Positions 9,888 to 18,649 of a stretch of 37,948 nt of DNA are shown here, in pieces. The number at the start of each line of letters is the position of its first letter. The first letter of the stretch is position 1. The stretch is from contig JAWCQY010000003.1 of NCBI GenBank assembly GCA_038869535.1, forward strand, positions 1 through 37,948, written 5' to 3'. The DNA comes from Candidatus Pacearchaeota archaeon. GTDB lineage: Archaea; Nanobdellota; Nanobdellia; Pacearchaeales; GW2011-AR1. The position numbers were made by a program, and so were the translations under genes. The notes below the pieces were generated by a model. It saw nothing but the letters and a program-made list of their open reading frames with translations, was not told the DNA's origin and did not search any database.

Positions 9888-10429
9888 TCTGAATCCTCTC
9901 CAGCTTTACTTATTATGAAAATGCCGTCTTGAAATATTCTCCTATCTTTATTTCTTATTTTTGTTGCGATTTCAAAATTTGCAGCAGTTTGTCCAGCAAG
10001 CTCTTTATCGATAGATCTCACTATTATTATATCTTTATCAATTTCAACATCAACCCCATCCGGTATAGGAGTCACTCTTGGCGCTCTTTCTCCTAAGAAA
10101 TTTTTGATAAATGCTTCTTTACCCTTTATTTCAACAGTTATTGGGAAATGATTAAAACAAATTTTTAATTTGTATTCAAATTTTTTTTGTACACCCATAA
10201 TCATATTTTTTATATGGGCCTTTATGGTGTTTATTTTTTTCTTTTTATTTTTTGTGGCTTTTTTATCCCCAATAATTATCTTATTATTGTCAGTTTTGAG
10301 TTCAATTCCTTCTGTATCAAAACTTCTTTCAATCTCTCCTAGTGGCCCTTTTATTCTAACCTTATTTTCATTTATTTCTACTTCAACATTTTCAGGTATC
10401 TTTATTTCTTGGTAAATTTCTTTTTTCAT
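9884..10429 (-). CDS. rpl6: 50S ribosomal protein uL6
   Basis: KGPLG, HFPI, NFLGER, DRRIFQDGIFI. Confidence 0.97.
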   Translation of the reverse strand: MKKEIYQEIKIPENVEVEINENKVRIKGPLGEIERSFDTEGIELKTDNNKIIIGDKKATKNKKKKINTIKAHIKNMIMGVQKKFEYKLKICFNHFPITVEIKGKEAFIKNFLGERAPRVTPIPDGVDVEIDKDIIIVRSIDKELAGQTAANFEIATKIRNKDRRIFQDGIFIISKAGEDSE

Positions 10430-10430
10430 T

Positions 10431-10811
10431 TTAATAGAAATAAGCTATTAAGCTCCCCCCAATTCCATTTTTTATGGCTTCTATATGAGTCATTAAACCT
10501 TTATTTGTTGATATTATAATGGTTCCAAGATCCCTTGAGGGCAGATATCTTCTTCGATACTTTTCAATTTGATTCTTTTTAACGGTAAATCTTGGTTTTA
10601 TTGCCTTACATTTTATAAATTCACCAAGAGTAATCTCAATAGAATGTTCTTTTGGTTTGATCTTATACTTTTTTATTACCCCTTCTTTTTTCATTATTTT
10701 TAATATTTCAATTAATAACTTAGAAATCCTTTTTACAACTACTTCATTTTTACGTGCCTTTTTTGCATTCATAATCATGTTCAATGCATCAGAGATAACA
10801 TCTTGTGACAT
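10431..10811 (-). CDS. rps8: 30S ribosomal protein uS8
   Basis: AIKPRF, YLPSRDLG.IIISTNKGLMTH. Confidence 0.97.
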   Translation of the reverse strand: MSQDVISDALNMIMNAKKARKNEVVVKRISKLLIEILKIMKKEGVIKKYKIKPKEHSIEITLGEFIKCKAIKPRFTVKKNQIEKYRRRYLPSRDLGTIIISTNKGLMTHIEAIKNGIGGSLIAYFY

Positions 10812-10828
10812 TTTATTTTTATTTTTAT

Positions 10829-11059
10829 TTAACTATATTTTTTGAATCCAAGTTCTTCTGCTATTTCTCTAAAACACTGCCTGCATAAATTCAATCCATA
10901 AGATCCGATATGGGCTCCAAAGCGCCCACATCGTTCACACTTTCTCTTTGATATGCCAGTTTTTCTTTCTTTTGGTTTGTTATGTTTTAAAAATTTCTGC
11001 ATTTTTTCAGGTTTATCCTTAATTTGCTTTATAATTTTTTTCCAATCACTTGCCGTCAT
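10829..11059 (-). CDS. rps14: 30S ribosomal protein uS14 (Zn-binding)
   Basis: CERCG...[19 protein letters not shown]. Confidence 0.97.
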   Translation of the reverse strand: MTASDWKKIIKQIKDKPEKMQKFLKHNKPKERKTGISKRKCERCGRFGAHIGSYGLNLCRQCFREIAEELGFKKYS

Positions 11060-11065
11060 TTTAAT

Positions 11066-11572
11066 TTAAACAAATTTTGTTTTGAAATTTTCCTCCATGT
11101 ATTTTATTATCTCTTCTTTTGAAACGTTTTGTTTTTTAGGAATTTTTCCAGATTTTATTTTTTTTAATTTTACTCTTTTCCCACTTCTTTTGAACGTAAC
11201 TGTTACATCTAAACCAATAATTCCAATGTCCCTTTGGTATTCAACCCCCGGGATCTCTATATATTCTTTTATACCAAAAGAAAAAGTATTCTCACTAACT
11301 TGACTTTTTTTTAAAATATTATTTTTTGTAGCTAGCATTTTTTTTAATATTTCTTCTGGATTTTTCCTTATTGTAACAACAGTTCCAACTTCGAGATTTG
11401 GTCTTATTCCAAGAGAAGGGATTCTTTTTTTGGTTTTTATTTTTGCTGGCTTTCTTCCTGAGAGAAGTTTTAAGAGTTTCACCCCTCTTTCTAAATTTTC
11501 TGCTGTTCCTCCTACACTTAATACAACTTTTTCTAATTTAATCTCTCTCATCTTGTTAAAAATATTATTCAT
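11066..11572 (-). CDS. rpl5: 50S ribosomal protein uL5
   Basis: MREIKLEKVVLSVG; FSFGIKEYIEIPG..Y...IGIIGLDV. The start could be the second Met. Confidence 0.96.
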   Translation of the reverse strand: MNNIFNKMREIKLEKVVLSVGGTAENLERGVKLLKLLSGRKPAKIKTKKRIPSLGIRPNLEVGTVVTIRKNPEEILKKMLATKNNILKKSQVSENTFSFGIKEYIEIPGVEYQRDIGIIGLDVTVTFKRSGKRVKLKKIKSGKIPKKQNVSKEEIIKYMEENFKTKFV

Positions 11573-11573
11573 T

Positions 11574-12221
11574 TTACTCTAAAGCTATAATCTTTTTAAT
11601 TAAGATATTCGCTTTGTGATTTCCAATAACCACTTCGGCCATTTTATTTTTTTTATCTATTTTAATAACACTCCCCCGCTGTCCAGCATATCTACCAGAA
11701 AATACAAAAACTTGCGATTTTTCCTGTAATGGTATGCATTTCTCTATTTTATTCTTATCAAAATCTATAATAACGGAATCATTTACATTACACTTTATTT
11801 CAGAGAGAAAATTTCTTCCATCTAGAAGATTTAGTTGTGTTTTGTTACCCTTCAAAATTTTTTTATTAATTATCTTAGATATCTTATATTTTGATTCGTT
11901 ATCTTTTATTTCTTTCAACCCAATTTTGCCATTTTCCAAAATTTCGATTCTATAACTTTTTTTTAGTGGGATGATAGTAAGCGTATCAAATAAAAATAGG
12001 CTATTTTTTTCATCTTTAGCTAATTTATTATTTATGAGTATTTGTTTCATATAAATAGCTCTTTTTACTTCTTTTCTTCTTTTAGCAATTTTTAATAAAT
12101 CCCTTAATACAATTAATAAAGGAATCCCTTTATTTATGTTGGAACTTGGTCTAACTACATATTTGGTCCCTTTTCTATGTATGGGCCAGCTTTTTGGGGA
12201 TTTTTGTCTTTTGAGGTGCAT
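11574..12221 (-). CDS. rps4e: 30S ribosomal protein eS4
   Basis: HLKR...P..W.I.RK; PLLIVLRD; QLNL.DGRN. Confidence 0.95.
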   Translation of the reverse strand: MHLKRQKSPKSWPIHRKGTKYVVRPSSNINKGIPLLIVLRDLLKIAKRRKEVKRAIYMKQILINNKLAKDEKNSLFLFDTLTIIPLKKSYRIEILENGKIGLKEIKDNESKYKISKIINKKILKGNKTQLNLLDGRNFLSEIKCNVNDSVIIDFDKNKIEKCIPLQEKSQVFVFSGRYAGQRGSVIKIDKKNKMAEVVIGNHKANILIKKIIALE

Positions 12222-12223
12222 TT

Positions 12224-12619
12224 TTACTTATTTTCTTTATTTTTGTTATCTGAAAATAGCTTTCTTTTTTTGTCTTCTGTATTTAATTCTATAATTTGTA
12301 GATTTGATGGTTCTAATTTTAAATTAACTTTTGAACCATCCTGTTTTTTTATTTGAATTCCTTCCACTTCTATTTTTTTGTGTTTTAAGTCAACAAGGAT
12401 TATCTTCCCGGTTTTTCCCTTGAATTTTCCTCTCATTATTTTTACAGTATCACCTTTTCTTACCGGAAGGTTTCTCTTCTTATACTTCTTTCTTAATTCT
12501 TTAGATAGATTTGATGATAAAAATTTCTTTTTAATATGCAATGGAGCATTAATCAAGTATTTTCTTTGTTTTCTTGGTTGTTTACTGGATTTCCACGAAG
12601 TACTAAATTTTTTTTTCAT
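12224..12619 (-). CDS. rpl24: 50S ribosomal protein uL24
   Basis: SKQPRKQRK...APLH; [16 protein letters not shown]. Confidence 0.97.
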   Translation of the reverse strand: MKKKFSTSWKSSKQPRKQRKYLINAPLHIKKKFLSSNLSKELRKKYKKRNLPVRKGDTVKIMRGKFKGKTGKIILVDLKHKKIEVEGIQIKKQDGSKVNLKLEPSNLQIIELNTEDKKRKLFSDNKNKENK

Positions 12620-12620
12620 C

Positions 12621-13022
12621 TTAATAAATAATTGTTGCTAATTTAGCTACAGAAGGCCAACGTTCCATGACCTCTCTAGCGACAGCTCCTTTAATTTGGG
12701 TTCCCTTTGGATTTCCTTTATCATCCTTTAATATTGCTACAGCGTTATCTTCAAAACCTAATCTCTCCCCATCTAATCTTCTGTAAAATTTTTTTTGTCT
12801 TATTATTACAGCATCAAAAACCTTCCCCTTCATATCAGGAATTCCTTTTCTTATACTTACTTTTACCATGTCGGCTACTTTTGCCGCACCTTGTCTTCCC
12901 TTTTTACTCTTACCAGTTTTTACAGAAACAATTCTTGCAATTTTTCCTCCACTGTTGTCAGCAACAATAAGCAAGGAACCAAGATTTAATCCTCTGGATA
13001 TCCTTGCCGAAACCGCTTTCAT
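12621..13022 (-). CDS. rpl14: 50S ribosomal protein uL14
   Basis: [23 protein letters not shown]. Start moved from TTG 13040 to ATG 13022, which has a GGAGGT SD upstream. Confidence 0.96.
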   Translation of the reverse strand: MKAVSARISRGLNLGSLLIVADNSGGKIARIVSVKTGKSKKGRQGAAKVADMVKVSIRKGIPDMKGKVFDAVIIRQKKFYRRLDGERLGFEDNAVAILKDDKGNPKGTQIKGAVAREVMERWPSVAKLATIIY

Positions 13023-13023
13023 T

Positions 13024-13131
13024 TTATTTTTTACCTCCAATTGTCCCTAAAAAATTTTTTGCATCATCCCCATAACTTTGCCGATTAAAATAAAGATTTA
13101 ATCTCTTAATTTTTAATACTTTTTTCGTCAT
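13024..13131 (-). CDS. Putative 35-aa micro-ORF bridging uS17 and uL14 (MTKKVLKIKRLNLYFNRQSYGDDAKNFLGTIGGKK)
   Basis: Hand translation. It overlaps the end of rps17, has GAGGGA upstream, and its stop joins the rpl14 start as TAA-A-ATG. Confidence 0.35.
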   Translation of the reverse strand: MTKKVLKIKRLNLYFNRQSYGDDAKNFLGTIGGKK

Positions 13132-13501
13132 TTTTTTTGTTATTTCCCTCATCAATCGCTGATTTAATCTTTTTTACGACTACAAAATGTATTATCTTAC
13201 TTAAAGGTCTACACTCTCTTACTTCTACTATATCCCCAATTTTAATTAGCGATTCCATACATTTTGGGAGTCTAGCATGAATTCTTGTTTTTGATTTGGC
13301 ATATCTTTCATATTTTTTTAAATAAATCATTCTTTCAAACTCAATGGTAATCCTTCTTTGGAAACTTTTTGTAACTTTCCCTTTAAAAGATCTACCCCTA
13401 ACTTTTAGAATTCCATGGATTGGACAGTCTTTATCCCTACAAAAATTTAAAGTTTCAGCTATTTCTGATTTTTCAATTTTTTTAGTTTCTTGTTTTTGCA
13501 T
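13106..13501 (-). CDS. rps17: 30S ribosomal protein uS17
   Basis: C.DKDCPIHG.L.VRGR; KKYERY; ECRPLSK. Confidence 0.96.
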   Translation of the reverse strand: MQKQETKKIEKSEIAETLNFCRDKDCPIHGILKVRGRSFKGKVTKSFQRRITIEFERMIYLKKYERYAKSKTRIHARLPKCMESLIKIGDIVEVRECRPLSKIIHFVVVKKIKSAIDEGNNKKNDEKSIKN

Positions 13502-13522
13502 TTTCTCGTGTTTTGTGTATTT

Positions 13523-13822
13523 TTAGTCTTCTATAGAATCTCTATCGAAACCTAAGCGTACAAGAACTTCTTTTATCTTATTTTTATGGTCTCCTTGAAG
13601 TTCTATCACATTGCTCTTGTAGGTTCCGCCACAAGCAAGACCATTTTTTAAGTCCTTGGTCAATTGCTTTATGTCGATTCCGTCACCAAACCCTGTGACA
13701 AGAGTAACAACCTTTCCATATCTTTTCTTTTCTGTAGTTACTCTTATTCTTTGCGAGCTTTTTACAATTTGCTCACATACACAAGCCTGCTTAGGCAGAC
13801 CGCATTTTGGACATATTTCCAT
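13523..13822 (-). CDS. sui1: Translation initiation factor aIF-1 (SUI1)
   Basis: CPKCGLP...CVCE; LACGGT.K...IELQGDH. Start moved to ATG 13822, 1 nt after the uL29 stop. Confidence 0.95.
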   Translation of the reverse strand: MEICPKCGLPKQACVCEQIVKSSQRIRVTTEKKRYGKVVTLVTGFGDGIDIKQLTKDLKNGLACGGTYKSNVIELQGDHKNKIKEVLVRLGFDRDSIED

Positions 13823-13823
13823 A

Positions 13824-14003
13824 TTATTTTTTATTGAGTTTGTTGAATGTGATAATTCTTGCAATCATCTTTTTAATTTCTTTTACCTTTGAACTCCCAG
13901 CTTTCGATGCGTTTAACCTTGCTTTTATCAATTCAATTTTTAATTCTTCTAATTTCTTTTTTCTTTCGTCTTCACTCATTAATTTTAGATCTTTCTTTTT
14001 CAT
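13824..14003 (-). CDS. rpl29: 50S ribosomal protein uL29
   Basis: Not in ORF track (59 aa): MKKKDLKLMSEDERKKKLEELKIELIKAR...KVKEIKKMIARIIT; ATGA overlap with the uS3 stop. Confidence 0.95.
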   Translation of the reverse strand: MKKKDLKLMSEDERKKKLEELKIELIKARLNASKAGSSKVKEIKKMIARIITFNKLNKK

Positions 14004-14677
14004 TTTTTATTAGTTTTGCTTCTTTTTTTGGGCTTTATTTCTTCTTCTTTAGTTTCTAAATTTTTCTTTATCTCATTTATCATCTTTTCATTAATATCTA
14101 TCTTATCTGTCAGAATAGATTCTGGTGATAGTATGCTTACCTTTACTCCAACCGTTCCAGGTTTTGTTTCTGCTCTGGATTGTGCACGATCTACAACTTT
14201 TGCACTATCCCCAGTTTTTTTAAGATATCCTTGAGCAAACCTCCAGGTTTTTGCTCTAGAACTAGGGAGTTTCCCGCTTAGTCTTATCTCTGCTCCAAGG
14301 GCCCCGGCATCCATTATCTTTTGTAATGATTTATATGCAATGACTTTAAATTTTAATGGCCCAAATTTCTCTATACTTAAGGCTATTTCATCGGCCATTA
14401 CTTGAGCATCGAATTCTGGTTTTTTTATTTCTTCAATTTCTGTACGAGGGTTTTCAAGACCAAATTTTGTTTTTAATACCTTCGTTAGTTCTTCTATTTT
14501 TTCTCCTTTTCTACCAATGATTAATCCCGGTTTAGCCGTAGAGATGATTATTCTCTCGCCAGTTGGTGCATATTCAATTCTAACTTTACTTACTTTTCCT
14601 TTACCTAAAGTGTTTCTTACGTACTCCTTAATCGTAAATTCATCTTTCTTAAATTTAACTATTTTTTTTTCTTCCAT
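14000..14677 (-). CDS. rps3: 30S ribosomal protein uS3
   Basis: KH motif PGLIIGRKG; GALGAEIRLSGKL...RA. Confidence 0.97.
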   Translation of the reverse strand: MEEKKIVKFKKDEFTIKEYVRNTLGKGKVSKVRIEYAPTGERIIISTAKPGLIIGRKGEKIEELTKVLKTKFGLENPRTEIEEIKKPEFDAQVMADEIALSIEKFGPLKFKVIAYKSLQKIMDAGALGAEIRLSGKLPSSRAKTWRFAQGYLKKTGDSAKVVDRAQSRAETKPGTVGVKVSILSPESILTDKIDINEKMINEIKKNLETKEEEIKPKKRSKTNKK

Positions 14678-14678
14678 G

Positions 14679-15230
14679 TTATTTATTAATTAGTGATTTT
14701 GCAATTATTTTTAAGTGTGTTCTTTTTCTTCTCACAGTTCCAAATCTTCCATAAGGTCTTGATCCTTTATTTGGTATTGCTTCAAAAATTATTGGATTTT
14801 CAATATTGTTATAATTAGCATTTGCTAAAAGATTTTTAAGTACCCTTATAAATTCTTTTGAAGCGGATTTTGGAAAGCGTCCCGACATAATTTTCCCTTT
14901 TCTATGCGGGATTTCTCCTGTCATAGGAATGGCCTTTTTTAATCTTATGACTTGTTCTAAATCAGAAATTGCATCTTGAATTTTTTTACCCTTTATAAAT
15001 CTACATATTGCTACAGCAACCTTGGTGGAAATAGGGAGATTGTAAGCATTTACTATACTTTCTTCTTTTTTTGTTTTTTCTTCCTTTTTTGAAACTATTT
15101 TTTCTTTAGCACTTCCTTTTACTTCTAGTTTTTTATTTTCTACATCATTTTTTGGCTGAATATTTTCTGTGACTGTTCCAGTATTCTTAGTTTCTTTTAC
15201 TGAATTTTCTTTTGGTTTGTCTATTTTCAT
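14679..15230 (-). CDS. rpl22: 50S ribosomal protein uL22 with Lys/Glu-rich N-terminal extension
   Basis: LPISTK....ICRFIKG; GRFP; THLKI. Confidence 0.94.
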   Translation of the reverse strand: MKIDKPKENSVKETKNTGTVTENIQPKNDVENKKLEVKGSAKEKIVSKKEEKTKKEESIVNAYNLPISTKVAVAICRFIKGKKIQDAISDLEQVIRLKKAIPMTGEIPHRKGKIMSGRFPKSASKEFIRVLKNLLANANYNNIENPIIFEAIPNKGSRPYGRFGTVRRKRTHLKIIAKSLINK

Positions 15231-15243
15231 TTTAATTTTTTAT

Positions 15244-15657
15244 TTATTTTTTAGCCTTGAATTTACTTCCTTTTGTTGCACCTATTCCTGCTTTGCTATG
15301 TTTTACTTTGCCTCTTGTCATTGCAAATTCACCTAAAACATGACCTAACATTTCTTCAGTTATATCAGTTGCAATGAAGTTTCTTCCATTATGAATATAA
15401 ATTTTCATACCAACCATTTGTGGGACAATTACTAAATCCCGTTTATGGGTTCTTATAGAACTTCCTTTTCTTATTTTTTCTTTTGCTCTATTAATAAAAT
15501 CTTCAATTTGATGAAATTGTCTTAAAACTTTACGTCTTTGTTTTGATTTAAGATATTTTGCGAATTCTCTAACATCAAGTTTTTTTAATTCTTCGAGAGT
15601 TTTACCTCTATATGTAAATTCTTTCTTTTTTAGTTCTATTTTTTCTTCCGATTTCAT
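15244..15657 (-). CDS. rps19: 30S ribosomal protein uS19
   Basis: FTYRGKTLEEL; RTHKRD; MLGHVLGEFA.TR; GIGAT. Confidence 0.97.
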   Translation of the reverse strand: MKSEEKIELKKKEFTYRGKTLEELKKLDVREFAKYLKSKQRRKVLRQFHQIEDFINRAKEKIRKGSSIRTHKRDLVIVPQMVGMKIYIHNGRNFIATDITEEMLGHVLGEFAMTRGKVKHSKAGIGATKGSKFKAKK

Positions 15658-15658
15658 C

Positions 15659-16357
15659 TTACTTTTTATAACCCGTTCTCTTTGGTCTTATATGTCCAAC
15701 TTTCCTTCCTGGAGGAGCATTTCTCTTTGCAATTTTGCTCTTAGGATTTTTTCCTCTTCCAGATCCAAAGGGGTGATCTACAGCGTTCATTTTTACTGCA
15801 GATGTTCTTGGCCAAAGTTTTCCTTTTAATTTTTTAATATAATACTTTTTTCCTGCTTTAACTATCGGTTTTTCAAGCCTTCCAGCCCCTGCAATAATTC
15901 CTACAACAGCTCTACAATTTTTGTTAAAGGCCTTTTCTTTTTTTGAAGGCATTAAAATGTAAACTTTATCACCAACAATTTTCGTTATTTCACCGAAGCT
16001 TCCTGCCGCTTTTATAAAAACTCCCCCATCTCCGGGTTTTGATTCTATTTGATAAACCTTAGTTTTAATTGGTATATCAGAGAGTTTTAAAATATCCCCG
16101 TTTTTAATATCATTTTTTTCAAAACTTATTTTTTGTCCTTCAATCATTCCCTTAAATGCTGGTATAAAAAAAACTTTATTTTTCCACTTTATTTTTGCAA
16201 GAGGAGCGGTATGTCCGGTCGAATTTATTAATTGAATCACCTGCCCTTCTCCAGAAAGATTTGCAGGGTACTTTAGTTCATACATGAAAGCTCTCCTTCT
16301 AACCCTATATGTTCCACTTCCATGACCTCTTGCTTGTTGAATTATTCTTTTACCCAT
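15659..16357 (-). CDS. rpl2: 50S ribosomal protein uL2
   Basis: MGKRI..Q.RG; MNAVDHPFGSG; PPGRKVG. Confidence 0.97.
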   Translation of the reverse strand: MGKRIIQQARGHGSGTYRVRRRAFMYELKYPANLSGEGQVIQLINSTGHTAPLAKIKWKNKVFFIPAFKGMIEGQKISFEKNDIKNGDILKLSDIPIKTKVYQIESKPGDGGVFIKAAGSFGEITKIVGDKVYILMPSKKEKAFNKNCRAVVGIIAGAGRLEKPIVKAGKKYYIKKLKGKLWPRTSAVKMNAVDHPFGSGRGKNPKSKIAKRNAPPGRKVGHIRPKRTGYKK

Positions 16358-16358
16358 G

Positions 16359-16604
16359 TTACATCAACCCTAGTTTTGTTGCAATATCAATTGCAGGAAA
16401 ATCTTTCTTTAATTTAACATAAGCATATTTTTTGTTGTTTCTAATCAAAGTTCTTATTTTTTCAACTTTAACTGAAAAAAGAGATTCAATTTCTTTTTGG
16501 ATTTCTTTTTTTGTTCTCTCTTTTTCAGTTGAAAATGTAAGAACATTTTGGTTCTCGATAAGCATAATTGCCTTTTCAGTAACAATCGGTTTTAGTGAGA
16601 TCAT
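16359..16604 (-). CDS. rpl23: 50S ribosomal protein uL23
   Basis: P.VTEKA..LIE..N.LTF; KYAYVKL; AGGAG SD upstream. Confidence 0.96.
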   Translation of the reverse strand: MISLKPIVTEKAIMLIENQNVLTFSTEKERTKKEIQKEIESLFSVKVEKIRTLIRNNKKYAYVKLKKDFPAIDIATKLGLM

Positions 16605-16608
16605 TTTG

Positions 16609-16716
16609 TTAGCTCCTTTGGAATTTAAAATTTAGACCATTCTGAAATATGTCTATTTTAAAGATCGATTTTGAAAAGCATTCATTATAAGATTTTGGTT
16701 CTTTAAGCAATTTCAT
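16609..16716 (-). CDS. Putative 35-aa micro-ORF bridging uL4 and uL23 (MKLLKEPKSYNECFSKSIFKIDIFQNGLNFKFQRS)
   Basis: Hand translation. Its ATG overlaps the uL4 stop (ATGA) and its stop lies 4 nt before the uL23 ATG. Confidence 0.38.
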   Translation of the reverse strand: MKLLKEPKSYNECFSKSIFKIDIFQNGLNFKFQRS

Positions 16717-17513
16717 TTTAGTCGCTCCTGTAATTCTTTTATCGCATTTTCAGTATAAATGACGATCCTACCCAAACCCCCTTTTGCAAGATCTGAAACA
16801 TTGACATTTTGGGCCTTTTTTACATCTAATAAATTTGTTTTAACCTCTTCATTTTTTCCAGTTACAATTAAAATGCCAGCATTTTTTTTGTATTTTCTAC
16901 CTCTTAATTTCCCTTTTCCAGATCTTATTTTCTTACGCTTTAAAGCAACTTTAAACAATTCTTTTCCAAGAATGTTTTTAAGATTTTTAATAAAATCTTT
17001 TATTTTATTTATGGATATAGTATCAATAACTATTGGTAAAGATCTTATATCCTTTTCATTAAGGCTTTCATATTTTTTCAAAACATAATCTTTATTTGCC
17101 GTCGAGCTTAGTGCAGATAGAAGTGCAATTAAAGCTTCTTTTTTATTTATCTTCTTTTTTTTCATCATTGATAAAGGTTTTGGGGGGTGTGCTCTTCTGC
17201 CCCCTCTTGTAGAAGCAACCTCTGCACCAATCCAATGAAAACGGCTCCCTCTTCTAGACATAATCTTTCTAGGGATTCTTGAAATACCCCATCCATAACC
17301 ACTTCTCCATACATTTCTCCTATGAACTATTTTACCGGAAGCACTATGTTGTTTTCCTGCTTCTGAAAAAGGACCATAAGGTTGTTTTATCTTCTTAGCC
17401 TCTAGAACTTTAGCAACTATATCTTCTCTAATTTTTTCTTTAAAAAATTTTGGAGTATCTATTTCTTTTATTTTTTTTCCTTCTAAATTAATAATTTCTA
17501 ATTTTGATTTCAT
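16713..17513 (-). CDS. rpl4: 50S ribosomal protein uL4
   Basis: SRIPR; RGGRRAHPPK; RSGKGKLRGRKY; LA.GG.GR. Confidence 0.96.
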   Translation of the reverse strand: MKSKLEIINLEGKKIKEIDTPKFFKEKIREDIVAKVLEAKKIKQPYGPFSEAGKQHSASGKIVHRRNVWRSGYGWGISRIPRKIMSRRGSRFHWIGAEVASTRGGRRAHPPKPLSMMKKKKINKKEALIALLSALSSTANKDYVLKKYESLNEKDIRSLPIVIDTISINKIKDFIKNLKNILGKELFKVALKRKKIRSGKGKLRGRKYKKNAGILIVTGKNEEVKTNLLDVKKAQNVNVSDLAKGGLGRIVIYTENAIKELQERLK

Positions 17514-18463
17514 CTTAATTCTAATAATTCATAAGATTTTTTTAACTGTTTTTTTGTTTCTCTTAAAGGTGCTGTAATCAAAATCTGTCTTTTTGGCGGG
17601 CCCTGTACGGAGCCGTGAACAATTAAATAATTTGTTTTGATATCCCCAAATCTCATTATATTCTTTAGCTCTTTTTTACTTTCTTCTGGTTTTCCTATAT
17701 CAATAATTTTATGATTGTATAAAATACGAGTAAACATTCCAAGTTGTCCTGCCATCGGGGTTCTAAAAGTAACCCTTGCGGGATGCCATGGTCCAAGACT
17801 TCCAGGTCTTCGTCTTCCTTTCTCTGATTTATGCTGTTTTAGACTAATCCCAAACCTTTTTACAGGCCCTTCAAGTCCATGTCCCTTCGTTAAACCCCTT
17901 AAATCTACAAGTTTATTCTTATCAAAAACTTCATGAATAAAAATCTCTTTTCCAATTTTTTCTTTAATAAAATTAAGCTTTTCTTCTTTATTACCCGAAA
18001 TTGCTATTTCAGCTATATCTGGTGTTTTTTTTAAACCAGCTTTTTTTGGTAAAGAGTAACATATAACTCTTATGTCATCATAATCTTCTTTTTTTATTTC
18101 TTCAATTTTATGTGTTCTTTTGGGTAGTTTTATTATTCTTTTTAATTCTTTATCAAGATTCTCTGAAATAATTTCTTTAACAACTCTGCCATTTTTGTAA
18201 AATCTTACTGAGAATATTTTTAACGGAGGGCATTCAAGAACTGTTACTGGAATAACTATTTTTTTACCCTTTGTCATAGAATCCGGAGTATTATCCTTAA
18301 CATAAGCAGAAAACATTCCCGCTTTATAACAGATGAACCCCTTTAATTTTTTTGAAGAATTATCTTTTATAGCATCCCAGTTTACACTAGGTAAAAATTT
18401 ATTTATCCTTTTTCTTGGCCAAAACTGAAGGCTTCCACTTCTTGGTGATTTTCTTGTAGGCAT
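17510..18463 (-). CDS. rpl3: 50S ribosomal protein uL3
   Basis: PR.GSL.F.PRKR; YKAGM; TKGHG.EGPVKRFG; GSLGPWHP. Confidence 0.98.
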   Translation of the reverse strand: MPTRKSPRSGSLQFWPRKRINKFLPSVNWDAIKDNSSKKLKGFICYKAGMFSAYVKDNTPDSMTKGKKIVIPVTVLECPPLKIFSVRFYKNGRVVKEIISENLDKELKRIIKLPKRTHKIEEIKKEDYDDIRVICYSLPKKAGLKKTPDIAEIAISGNKEEKLNFIKEKIGKEIFIHEVFDKNKLVDLRGLTKGHGLEGPVKRFGISLKQHKSEKGRRRPGSLGPWHPARVTFRTPMAGQLGMFTRILYNHKIIDIGKPEESKKELKNIMRFGDIKTNYLIVHGSVQGPPKRQILITAPLRETKKQLKKSYELLELR

Positions 18464-18524
18464 TTCTCAATAAATATGCGGAGAACATTTTATTACCCTG
18501 GATATACCTAATGAGAAAAGTAGG

Positions 18525-18532
18525 TTTTTAAA
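18525..18532 (-). promoter_or_regulatory. TATA box of the ribosomal protein superoperon
   Basis: TTTAAAAA on the minus strand after an A-rich BRE-like run; predicts a start near 18503 and a leader of about 40 nt. Confidence 0.55.
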
Positions 18533-18601
18533 GTTTTTTAAGAAAATAAGTGGCTAAAATATATAATTATTTTTTGTGTAGGTCCACTAATCTAATTTTA
18601 G

Positions 18602-18649
18602 AAAAAATATAATAAGAACCTTTAAGGTTTCTTCTTATTGATATTTTTT
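18602..18649. repeat. Imperfect inverted repeat upstream of the rpl3 promoter
   Basis: AAAAAATAT-AATAAGAA-CCT TTA AGG-TTTC-TTCTTATT-G-ATATTTTTT. Confidence 0.45.

Noticed and set aside
9094-17513. Stop-codon reassignment
   Set aside because: TGA ends conserved genes at expected positions (ATGA overlaps) and TAG ends ftsZ; no readthrough is needed.
5027-17936. Many Phe/Leu/Ile-rich plus-strand ORFs that look like membrane proteins
   Set aside because: They are antisense shadows of Lys/Glu-rich ribosomal genes (AAA reads as TTT).
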